A DNA stretch of 64,000 bases from IMG/VR virus record IMGVR_UViG_3300033463_000027, positions 75,525 through 139,524 of that record; one strand, given 5' to 3'. Positions 10,428 to 18,679 of the stretch are shown here, piece after piece. This DNA is from a virus. Its lineage: Duplodnaviria > Caudoviricetes. Every line of letters begins with the position of its first letter. The first letter of the stretch is position 1. The translations under genes were made by a program, and so were the position numbers. The notes under the pieces are model-generated. The model was not told the DNA's origin. It did no database searches and was given only the letters and a program-made list of their open reading frames with translations.

Positions 10428-11713
10428 TTGGTGGTATATGTGATAAACAAAAACGGACAGCCGCTTATGCCAACCGAGAGACACGGTAAAGTGAGACGAT
10501 TGCTTAAAATAGGAAAGGCTAAAGTAATCAAACGCTGTCCGTTTACTATTCAGCTTCTTTATGCTACGACTGATTTTGTACAAGAAGTCACTTTGGGAGT
10601 AGATAGTGGGAGTAAGCATATTGGAGTATCAGCGACAACAAAAGACAAAGTTTTGTATGAAGCTGATATAGAGCTTAGAAACGATATTGTCAAGCTGTTA
10701 TCTGCAAGAAGAGAGGCAAGACGTACAAGGCGCAATAGAAAAACTCGTTACAGACAGGCTCGGTTTAACAACCGCAGTAAGCCCGATGGTTGGCTTGCCC
10801 CGTCAGTGCAACACAAGGTCGATGCTCATTTGACTGTCGTTCGTAAAGTGTATGAGATTCTTCCAATTGCAAAAATCATAGTCGAGGTTGCTTCTTTTGA
10901 TATTCAGAAAATCAAAAATCCATATATTAAGGGAGAAGAATATCAGCAAGGTGAACAGCTTGATTTCTGGAACGTAAGAGAGTATGTGCTTTTCAGAGAT
11001 AGTCATGTGTGTCAGTGTTGCAAGGGCAAATCAAAAGATAATATTCTCAATGTACATCACATAGAATCACGGCAGACAGGCGGGGATGCTCCCAATAACC
11101 TTATCACTCTCTGCGAGACCTGCCATTTAGGGTATCATAAAGGGACTGTGAAACTTCCAAAGACCATAAAGCGGGGGATGTCTTTTAGAGATGCAGCTTT
11201 CATGGGAATAATGCGATGGGCGTTTTACAATAAACTTAAATATATATATCCGAACGTTAATCTGACTTACGGATATATCACCAAAAACGCCCGTATTAAA
11301 AACACTCTTTCCAAAAGCCACTTTACAGATGCAAGGTGCATAAGCGGAAATCCGAAAGCTGTATCCGATGATGTAGTTTTCTATCAGAAAAAAGCCAGAT
11401 GTCATAACAGACAGATACATAAATACAACATACTCAAGGGCGGGTTGAAAAAGAAAAACCAAGCACCGTATGAAATGTTCGGTTTTAGGTTGTTTGACAG
11501 GGTAAAGTATCTTGGAAAAGAGTACTTTATCTTTGGTAGGAGAGCATCAGGATATTTTGATATAAGAGACTTACAAGGAAATAAGGTTAACAAAGGGAGT
11601 ATTTCCTATAAAAAGTTGACCTTTATCGAACGGGCTAAAACTTATTTAACTGAAAGGAGGAAGGAGCATTCCTCCCCGACTTTTGAAGTTGGGGTATCCT
11701 GCTCCTATTTTAG
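10134..11713 (+). mobile_element. non-autonomous IS200/IS605-superfamily IscB (OMEGA) element
   Basis: Starts GTCAA plus subterminal hairpin; ends with hairpin CCCCGACTT-TTG-AAGTTGGGG and abuts ATGAA; no tnpA. Confidence 0.88.
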
Positions 11714-11717
11714 ATGA
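10428..11717 (+). CDS. iscB: RNA-guided endonuclease IscB
   Basis: PLMP N-terminus, RuvC-I GVDSG, Arg-rich bridge helix, RuvC-II IVE, CxxC-HNH (VHHI..N..CETCH), RuvC-III HFTDA. Confidence 0.95.
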   Translation: MVVYVINKNGQPLMPTERHGKVRRLLKIGKAKVIKRCPFTIQLLYATTDFVQEVTLGVDSGSKHIGVSATTKDKVLYEADIELRNDIVKLLSARREARRTRRNRKTRYRQARFNNRSKPDGWLAPSVQHKVDAHLTVVRKVYEILPIAKIIVEVASFDIQKIKNPYIKGEEYQQGEQLDFWNVREYVLFRDSHVCQCCKGKSKDNILNVHHIESRQTGGDAPNNLITLCETCHLGYHKGTVKLPKTIKRGMSFRDAAFMGIMRWAFYNKLKYIYPNVNLTYGYITKNARIKNTLSKSHFTDARCISGNPKAVSDDVVFYQKKARCHNRQIHKYNILKGGLKKKNQAPYEMFGFRLFDRVKYLGKEYFIFGRRASGYFDIRDLQGNKVNKGSISYKKLTFIERAKTYLTERRKEHSSPTFEVGVSCSYFR

Positions 11718-11807
11718 ACTTAAAGTGATTACCATATAGTAAACGTGCGTATTATAGCGGTTCAGCGGAGTTATAAATCCGCGCATTGTCTTGAAAGGAG
11801 TATAAAT

Positions 11808-12773
11808 ATGGATAACACAGCAAGAAAGCTAACTATCAGCGGAAACAACATTGATATTTCCGTAGTCAAGTCCAAGAAAAAGGACAGAATACAATCTAAG
11901 ATTGTAACCGAGGACGAGTTCGCGGAGATTTATCGCTCTGCTGATGCGATAACTTCTGCAAAGGACATAGAAAATATGTGTCTTACGCTCTATAAAAGGG
12001 GTTATGTAGATAGCATGGTTCTCTTTATCGTTGGAACCAATATTGGCTATCGTCCTGTCGATTTACAAGCGTGGAGATGGGAGCAGATTACCGATGAAAA
12101 CGGAAACATTCTTCGGAGATTTGCTATGAACGAACACAAGACAAGCAAGATGACAGTAGTTAATTTCAATGAGACTGTTGTTAAACTTCTTACATGGTAT
12201 AGGGATTATAAAATGTCTCAACCCAAGTTTATGTGGGAGAATTATGTTTTTTCTGTAAGCATAAAAAATGCGGCAAGAAGTTATGTGTGGTATGATAAAG
12301 AAAACGATATTATCTATCACCAAGATAGGAAACATAAACAGTTGGGGCTTGTATATTATCATGAGGGCAAAAATATTATTACTTGTCCTGCGTGTGAAGT
12401 TATCGGAAACGAGAAGTATCTTAAATTGCAAAAGCCCATTACGACTGAAACTGCCAGTAACAATTTTATTGAAGCTGCGGAGAAATGCGGAATTGAGGGA
12501 CATTTTTCGTCATATACAATGCGGCAAACGTTCAGCTTTTGGTTTAGAAAAACCTTAAAAGAGGACGAAACTCTTGCAAATGTAGCTGATGAATACTTCT
12601 CGACCATGCTGCTGAGTGGATATTTTCAGCATAGCAGTTTAAAGGTCACGCAAAAACACTATATGCGAGATCAAGTTGCGTTATTCAGACAGATTGTAAA
12701 CAAGATGAACCTTGCTAAAGATTTTGTGGATTGTCTGGTCGAAAAGGATAATGCAGTACAGATGTGTTTATAA
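11808..12773 (+). CDS. tyrosine recombinase/integrase-family protein
   Basis: GYRPVDL (R), EHKT (K), YTMRQTF (HxxR variant), FQHSS..TQKHY (H, Y). Confidence 0.8.
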   Translation: MDNTARKLTISGNNIDISVVKSKKKDRIQSKIVTEDEFAEIYRSADAITSAKDIENMCLTLYKRGYVDSMVLFIVGTNIGYRPVDLQAWRWEQITDENGNILRRFAMNEHKTSKMTVVNFNETVVKLLTWYRDYKMSQPKFMWENYVFSVSIKNAARSYVWYDKENDIIYHQDRKHKQLGLVYYHEGKNIITCPACEVIGNEKYLKLQKPITTETASNNFIEAAEKCGIEGHFSSYTMRQTFSFWFRKTLKEDETLANVADEYFSTMLLSGYFQHSSLKVTQKHYMRDQVALFRQIVNKMNLAKDFVDCLVEKDNAVQMCL

Positions 12774-12834
12774 TAAGGTAGTTACCGAGGAAACTCGGAA
12801 AAATATATTAACTAAATTTTAGGAGGAATTTTTT

Positions 12835-13416
12835 ATGAAAACTTTAAAGGTTACTTGGAAAGGCACAAAGACTCTGATTATGCACTCTTGCCAGTGCGTT
12901 AATCCCCTTAATCCGATTCAAAAGGAATTGAAAAAGTACACTTCAAAAAGAACCAAAACTGATGAAGATTTACAGAGAATTTCTGATCTTGAATGGGAAG
13001 CTGGGGCTTATTGGAAAGAAGGTATGGGACTTTATATCCCCGGAGAAAATGTGATAGCAACCATTATTAATGGTGCAAAACTCTTCAAGAAGGGTACTGA
13101 TGTTCAAAAGTATGTTTCTGTTCCTAATGTGCATATTCCGTTTAATTACGGAGAAAATCTCACTAAGGAAGAACTGATTGCTGATAAAGATTATCGTGAT
13201 GTAAGACCTATGGTCGTTGGTAAGGCAAAGGTTATAAGAACAAGACCAAGATTCGATCAGTGGAATATTACTTTTAACCTTGAATATGAAGAGGATAAGA
13301 TTGACCGTGATGTTGTCATTCTTGCATTAGAAAATGCAGGAAAGTATGTGGGGCTTTGCGATAGTCGCAACTATGGCTATGGGCGATTTGTCGTAAAAGC
13401 AGAAGAGTTGGATTGA
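12835..13416 (+). CDS. stand-alone RAMP/Cas7-like protein associated with the GTT-NN array
   Basis: N-terminal strand ending LIMH, LYIPGENV motif, RTRPRF, C-terminal Gly-rich loop GKYVGLCDSRNYGYGRF; AGGAGG RBS; no other cas genes nearby. Confidence 0.78.
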   Translation: MKTLKVTWKGTKTLIMHSCQCVNPLNPIQKELKKYTSKRTKTDEDLQRISDLEWEAGAYWKEGMGLYIPGENVIATIINGAKLFKKGTDVQKYVSVPNVHIPFNYGENLTKEELIADKDYRDVRPMVVGKAKVIRTRPRFDQWNITFNLEYEEDKIDRDVVILALENAGKYVGLCDSRNYGYGRFVVKAEELD

Positions 13417-13421
13417 GATAG

Positions 13422-13854
13422 GGATTATATGTTTGGTTCTGTTCTGTTGTGTTTCGTTAGGTTCCGTTCAGTTCAGTTGCGCTAAGTTATGTATTGTAGG
13501 TTGTGTTTTGTTTCGTTAAGTCGAGTTTCGTTGTGTTGTGTTGCGTTAGGTTGGGTATTATAAGTTAAGCTCCGTTGCGTTGAGTTTAGTTGTGTTAAGT
13601 TCAGTTTGGTTGGGATAGGTATTATAAGTTAAGTTAAGATGTATTATGTTGTGTTTAGTCAGGTTGCGTTAAGCTAAGTTAAGTATTATAAGTTAGGTTC
13701 TGTTTCGTTGTATTGAGTTATGTTGGGGTTCGTTTGGTTCGGTTATGTTTGGTTGAGCTAAGTATTATAAGTTGCGCTATATTAAGTTATGTTGAGTTAG
13801 GTCAAGTTGCGTTGCGTTATGTTAAGTTGCGTTGGGTTAAGTCAAGCATTATAG
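13422..13854 (+). repeat. array of 74 GTT-NN pentamers in six units delimited by GTATTATAA-like separators; candidate guide-RNA array
   Basis: Separators at 13422, 13491, 13555, 13619, 13683, 13762, 13846; units of 12, 11, 11, 11, 14 and 15 pentamers; 59 of 74 start GTT and the other 15 differ by one base. Confidence 0.93.
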
Positions 13855-13889
13855 GCTTTGAAAAAAAATACCAAGAAAGGAAAATTATT

Positions 13890-14354
13890 ATGAATGAGTT
13901 AATCAACAATAAGACAATCGCGGAGGTTCTTGCGGAAGAAATTGATAAACTTCCCTATGAAACTGTAATCGAGCATGGACAAATAGAGTCCATCATCGGA
14001 GTTCCGAGAGGTCTGAACAAGTATGGTTCTACTATTGCAAAAGCAAAGAAGTTACTTATAGAGAAGCGGAAACATATTGAGAGTATACGGGGTGTTGGTT
14101 ATCGGATAGTCGCGCCTGATAACGTGATAGATCGTTCACTTCATCACATTAAAAGAGGTTGTAATGAAATCAAAAAAGGGCAGGAAATCTTAGATCATGC
14201 ACCTGTTAATGATATGAGTGTAGAGGGTCGTGAAGCCTATCGTAGAGTATATGACAGAGCTGTTATCCTTGATGCTGCTATGAAAGGCGCTGCCGTGGAG
14301 CTTAAAGAGCTTGCGGGTAAACGTCCTCATCCGTTTTTGTTTTGTAAGAAATGA
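13890..14354 (+). CDS. putative winged-helix DNA-binding accessory protein
   Basis: AGAAAGG RBS before ATG 13890; IESIRGVGYRIV wing-like motif followed by helical C-terminus. Confidence 0.65.
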   Translation: MNELINNKTIAEVLAEEIDKLPYETVIEHGQIESIIGVPRGLNKYGSTIAKAKKLLIEKRKHIESIRGVGYRIVAPDNVIDRSLHHIKRGCNEIKKGQEILDHAPVNDMSVEGREAYRRVYDRAVILDAAMKGAAVELKELAGKRPHPFLFCKK

Positions 14355-14551
14355 GGAATTGTTATGATAGTCTATACTGTATTTAAAACTCGATGGAATC
14401 CCGATAGTAACTATGACGAAACTTTTCTTATAGACATATATTCCAACGAACAAACAGCTATGCAAGAGTGTATTAGTTATAATAGTAGTCATGATAACAG
14501 TGAAAGTTTTTTTGTTTTATGAAGATTATACTGTCAAGGAGGACTAAAAAA

Positions 14552-15016
14552 ATGAACGAAGAAAGATATAAGAAGTGGTTTGCAGAAGCCAAAGAACAGA
14601 CTATTGAAACTCTCCCTGAGTTTATGAAAAGAATCTTGGACGAGCCACAAAGTTATGATTCTATTGTTGAAGCAATTACTGCTTGTGCGCTCGGAGCTGC
14701 TTGGGCGGCAGACCATCATGAGAATGGTGGAATCACAGGCTTTCAGGGCAGTTGGGTGATGTGGCAATTCATTAAGCACTGGATGTGCAAGGGAGATAGT
14801 TGTGGATTAAAGCTTGTTGATTATGATGATATGCTTTATCCTCAGTATGACTATAAGTTCTGCGATAAAACAATTGATAGGAGTACGTGGAAAGCCTTAC
14901 AGAAGAAAGCGGCAGAGTATTTAGCCGAGGGTCGCGGAGTTGCGGAAGTAAAAGCGCACTGGCGGTCGATTGTTAATGGCGTTGTTCCTTTTGGTTATAC
15001 AGTAAAGGAGGACTAA
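14552..15016 (+). CDS. conserved hypothetical phage protein
   Basis: AGGAGG RBS before ATG 14552. Confidence 0.7.
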   Translation: MNEERYKKWFAEAKEQTIETLPEFMKRILDEPQSYDSIVEAITACALGAAWAADHHENGGITGFQGSWVMWQFIKHWMCKGDSCGLKLVDYDDMLYPQYDYKFCDKTIDRSTWKALQKKAAEYLAEGRGVAEVKAHWRSIVNGVVPFGYTVKED

Positions 15017-15018
15017 TC

Positions 15019-15591
15019 ATGAACAAAATAGAAAAGCTGAATGAACGTATTGCACAGCTCACAGACCTTGTGAAGTCCGGCGAAGAAACAATCTCCGCGA
15101 CTAAGGAAATGTTAAAGTTAGCGGAGCAAGAAAGGGACAGGCTTGCGGATCAGCGGACGGAAATAGAGCCGAAGTTTGAGAGAATGCATCAAACTAAATC
15201 GTATTGGAGATTAGCATTTGACAATGCGTTTGGTTGTGGAGCTTGGGTTCTTAAACAGGTAGAACGCGGATGGTACGATTTCAACAACATGACTGATTTT
15301 AAGGGCAATAACTATTTTCACACCGAAAAACGAGCGCAGGAAGTCGCTGACAAGATTAACTTCTTATTGAAGTTAGAAAGATTACATGACATATATTGCC
15401 CCGATTATGTGCCTGATTGGAATGATTTTTTTGCTTGCAAATGGTATGTTTGGATGAATACCGATGATAGGTTATATTGTTGCACAAGAACAGCAAGTGC
15501 TAAAGACCCTTGTGGAGTATATTTCCATTCGGAAGAAATTGCACAGAAAGTCTGTGACATATTGAACGCCGAATTGGAGGAAAAGAAATGA
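15019..15591 (+). CDS. hypothetical protein with N-terminal coiled coil
   Basis: GGAGG RBS. Confidence 0.7.
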   Translation: MNKIEKLNERIAQLTDLVKSGEETISATKEMLKLAEQERDRLADQRTEIEPKFERMHQTKSYWRLAFDNAFGCGAWVLKQVERGWYDFNNMTDFKGNNYFHTEKRAQEVADKINFLLKLERLHDIYCPDYVPDWNDFFACKWYVWMNTDDRLYCCTRTASAKDPCGVYFHSEEIAQKVCDILNAELEEKK

Positions 15592-15894
15592 AACGTTGGA
15601 AATATTCTTTAGTAACAGGAAAAGGCTCTTCGAGAGTCTATTCAGAACAATGGTAATAAGGAAACCTTAAAGGCTCTTAGAAAGTGCTATGAAGAAATTC
15701 ATAGAGCCACGCCCGATTTGTATGATGAAGATAATCTTGAAAATGATGTGGAGGAAATAGAGAATCAGCTTGACAACTGTGAGAACTATGAAGATTATGA
15801 AATGAGCGAAGATGATATACTGGTTGAAATCAACTATATGCTCAGGAACTTCTATGACTTTTGTGATGCTAACAATATATGGGTGGGGCTGTAA
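15588..15894 (+). pseudogene. frameshifted paralog of 5813-6118
   Basis: Removing one A from GGAAAAGG (A-run 15620-15623) gives MKRWKYSLVTGKALRESI...FYDFCDANNIWVGL, colinear with the 5813 protein. Confidence 0.85.
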
Positions 15895-15986
15895 TTAATT
15901 GACACCATATATAGTGTATGATGTACTAATGCAACACAATATATTGTATATAAAATACGGATAAAACGAGATTTTTATTGTAAGGA

Positions 15987-16277
15987 GTGAGCACGTTGAA
16001 AGCGGAAGAATTAATTGATTGTTTAGAAGATATCAGCAGAATGGTATATAGACAGTGGTGTGATGAAACATATTGTCAGGTTATGGATAAAACAATAAAA
16101 GCAGTAAGGAAAACCATTCCTCAGAAAGTAAAATATGACCTATTCGGTGCAGAATGTCCTAATTGTGGTGGACGGGTGACATTACCAAGCACTTATACCT
16201 TTAATGGCAAAATGATTTGCATACGTTGTGATTATTGTGATAGTTGTGGACAGGCATTAGATTGGAGTGATGAATAA
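15987..16277 (+). CDS. zinc-ribbon phage protein
   Basis: CPNC and CDSCGQALDW motifs. Confidence 0.7.
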   Translation: MSTLKAEELIDCLEDISRMVYRQWCDETYCQVMDKTIKAVRKTIPQKVKYDLFGAECPNCGGRVTLPSTYTFNGKMICIRCDYCDSCGQALDWSDE

Positions 16278-16513
16278 TGAAATTTAAAATAGCTATCGAA
16301 GTAGAACTCGATCTTTCAAATCTCACAATCGAGATGGTTGAGTCAAATCCCGCAGTCTTTTGTAAGGAGTTTGCGGAAACTTTAGTGGAGAACGCGGCGG
16401 TCGAAGTCGCGGAACAAGGAGCGATACTTAGCTACAAGAACTCTGCTTGGATGTCTGATAAGAACAATGATTATGATACTGGTATCTTGAACTACTTTAT
16501 TTGGAGGGATTAA
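16277..16513 (+). CDS. hypothetical protein
   Basis: Start overlaps previous stop. Confidence 0.6.
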   Translation: MKFKIAIEVELDLSNLTIEMVESNPAVFCKEFAETLVENAAVEVAEQGAILSYKNSAWMSDKNNDYDTGILNYFIWRD

Positions 16514-16517
16514 AGGA

Positions 16518-16790
16518 ATGAAAATTGTATTAGATATTCCTAAAGATTTTGAACGTCATTATAATAATGATAAGTTCAAGGACAGCTTGGAAAGAATCAA
16601 AGCCGATCTTAATGAGGATTTTGTATTTGCGGGAAACTATGAGCGTGAGCTGCTTGATATGTTGGTAGTAGCTTTTGAGGAAGCAAGGGTTATTTATTCT
16701 ACTTGTACACTTAAAGGAATCCCCGTTTACAAAATCAATTGTGATGATATTTGGAATGAAGCCTATGATAAAAGAGATGGGGTGAAGTAA
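16518..16790 (+). CDS. hypothetical protein
   Basis: GGAGG RBS. Confidence 0.6.
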   Translation: MKIVLDIPKDFERHYNNDKFKDSLERIKADLNEDFVFAGNYERELLDMLVVAFEEARVIYSTCTLKGIPVYKINCDDIWNEAYDKRDGVK

Positions 16791-16967
16791 ATAAAAGCGA
16801 TTGATGCGCCGGCGCAGGAAGGAAAGTGGATTCCCGTTCCTCAAACTGATATTACAAAAGATTGGAAGTGCTCTAATTGTCAAGGACTTGTAACTTTAGC
16901 GCATTATAGTAAAAAATGTTATTATGATTATTGCCCTACTTGTGGCGCAGATATGAGAGGAAAGTAA
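16791..16967 (+). pseudogene. zinc-ribbon protein remnant lacking a canonical start
   Basis: Open frame IKAIDAP..GKWI..CSNC..YCPTCGADMRGK beginning at ATA. Confidence 0.55.
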
Positions 16968-16969
16968 AA

Positions 16970-17233
16970 ATGATTGAGAAACATATATACATCGCTTATG
17001 ATGGAAAAGAATTTGTAAATCGAGACACTTGTGAAATATATGAAACGATGTTGTATTACAAAAAGACAAAAGAAGAATTGGCGGGATTGCCGAATATAAA
17101 GAAGGCAATGTCAGTTATTTCGGAATATTGTACATTACACGCTTGTTGTAATGAATGTCCCATGCTTATTGGTTCTCCTAAAAGATGTTGTTATTTTAGA
17201 GATAAAAGTCCCAATAATTGGCTTAATCAGTAA
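16970..17233 (+). CDS. hypothetical Cys-rich protein
   Basis: GAGG RBS before ATG 16970. Confidence 0.6.
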   Translation: MIEKHIYIAYDGKEFVNRDTCEIYETMLYYKKTKEELAGLPNIKKAMSVISEYCTLHACCNECPMLIGSPKRCCYFRDKSPNNWLNQ

Positions 17234-17253
17234 GAATGAAAGGAATGATTGTA

Positions 17254-17442
17254 ATGCGTGACCTAAATAGAATAGACGTAATTTGCGATCTGCTTAGAGA
17301 AGTATGGAAAGAAGTTCCTGATTGGAGATTGGGACAGTTAATTTTCAATCTCACCGGTAGGTACGATTGCTTTTATGTAGAAGATGATGTATTGGAAGAA
17401 GCGTTAAGAATAAATTTGCAAAAAGAAAGTGATAGCAAATGA
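17254..17442 (+). CDS. conserved small phage protein
   Basis: MRDLNRID..W..VPDWRLGQL motif. Confidence 0.65.
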   Translation: MRDLNRIDVICDLLREVWKEVPDWRLGQLIFNLTGRYDCFYVEDDVLEEALRINLQKESDSK

Positions 17443-17593
17443 AAATTTTATGCGTAATAATCACCTTGCTAATAGAAAAAATATTCGGACTTGTATTAGC
17501 GATGTGTGATAAGGAATAACTCATACAGGCTACTTGTAGAAAAATAAACGAGTAGCCTTTTACATATAAACTATAAGAAAGGAATTATTAGGT

Positions 17594-18589
17594 ATGTCAA
17601 ACATAATTATCAGACAAGGTAGAAACGCCATTCAACAAAGTGCTGTCAATGACCATACTATGAGCAGAAATGCAAGGGGTATGCTCATGGACTTACTCTT
17701 CATGGACAGTGAAGCAAGTGTGAGATCACTTACAGATATGTCCAGTGATGGACAAGCAAAGGTTACTTCTGCTTTAAAAGAGTTAGAGGACAAAGGTTAT
17801 CTTATTCGTGAAAGAACAAGAGTGAATGGTAAGCTATCCAAGTATAATTATGTTTTAACTATGCCTAACAGTTCTGATACCACATCTGATTCTGCAAGGG
17901 ATTTATTCATTGAAAGTCTTGAACAGCCTGTATGTGATACGGTAGAATCTCATATAGCTATATCTGACATAGGTAATTCTAATGAAGAAATCCCTTGTGT
18001 GATAAACCATGACAAGGCTAAAACCACGGTAAATCAAGGCTTTTCGGAGTGTCAGTATGCTTATTCAAGCTATGATCTGATAGATAAGAATATAAATAAT
18101 AATAATATATATTTATCTAATCAATCATCAAATCCATCTTCTGTTAAATCTCAGATAGGTTATGATACTCTTGTCAATGAAGTGGACAAGCAGGATATAG
18201 AATTGGTAGATATGATGGTCGCTATCATATCCGAAGTGTATAGCTCTCAGAGCGCATGGACAAGAGTGTCAGGGCAAAGTATGTCTACTCGGAAGGTTGT
18301 AACACAGTTCATAAAACTTGGAAAGGAAGATTTACTCTATGTCGTAGAATGTATGAATAAGACCAACACTTTAATTAGGTCTATAAAACCCTATCTTGTC
18401 ACAAGCCTTTACAATGCTGCTATAACGCAGGAGTCTCGCAAGTCAGCAGCCAAATTTAACAGACGCGAGAGAAAACGTGACTGTTGTGATAGTTACTATG
18501 ATAATTACGGAGAACATAGCTCGTTCTCTATCGACAAGTTCTATGAGATAGCAAATGGGTATGACCCTTTGCACATTACTTTTTCATGA
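17594..18589 (+). CDS. HTH plus DUF6017-like replication-initiator-type protein
   Basis: N-terminal wHTH (SALKELEDKGYLIR), low-complexity linker, C-terminal IRSIKPYLVTSLYNA. Confidence 0.65.
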   Translation: MSNIIIRQGRNAIQQSAVNDHTMSRNARGMLMDLLFMDSEASVRSLTDMSSDGQAKVTSALKELEDKGYLIRERTRVNGKLSKYNYVLTMPNSSDTTSDSARDLFIESLEQPVCDTVESHIAISDIGNSNEEIPCVINHDKAKTTVNQGFSECQYAYSSYDLIDKNINNNNIYLSNQSSNPSSVKSQIGYDTLVNEVDKQDIELVDMMVAIISEVYSSQSAWTRVSGQSMSTRKVVTQFIKLGKEDLLYVVECMNKTNTLIRSIKPYLVTSLYNAAITQESRKSAAKFNRRERKRDCCDSYYDNYGEHSSFSIDKFYEIANGYDPLHITFS

Positions 18590-18679
18590 CAAGAAAATAG
18601 CAGAAGTATAGAAACTTCTGCTATGATTGTTGGTATTATCTTTGTATTGCAGATTTGAGGGCGAGGGTGTATAATATAA

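Noticed and set aside
13422-13854. Calling the array a CRISPR or a simple microsatellite
   Set aside because: The 9-nt separator is too short for a CRISPR repeat and the intervening units are themselves periodic. Strict phase and position-specific variability do not fit a slippage microsatellite.
13713-13889. N-terminal extension of the 13713-14354 ORF
   Set aside because: It is read-through of the array giving a low-complexity V/L/R/S peptide; the real RBS and ATG are at 13874-13892.
14364-14547. Small ORF apparently frameshifted at a T7 run near 14507-14513 as another phase-variable gene
   Set aside because: T7 is common in AT-rich DNA and the product is unrecognised; a sequencing error or decay is equally likely.
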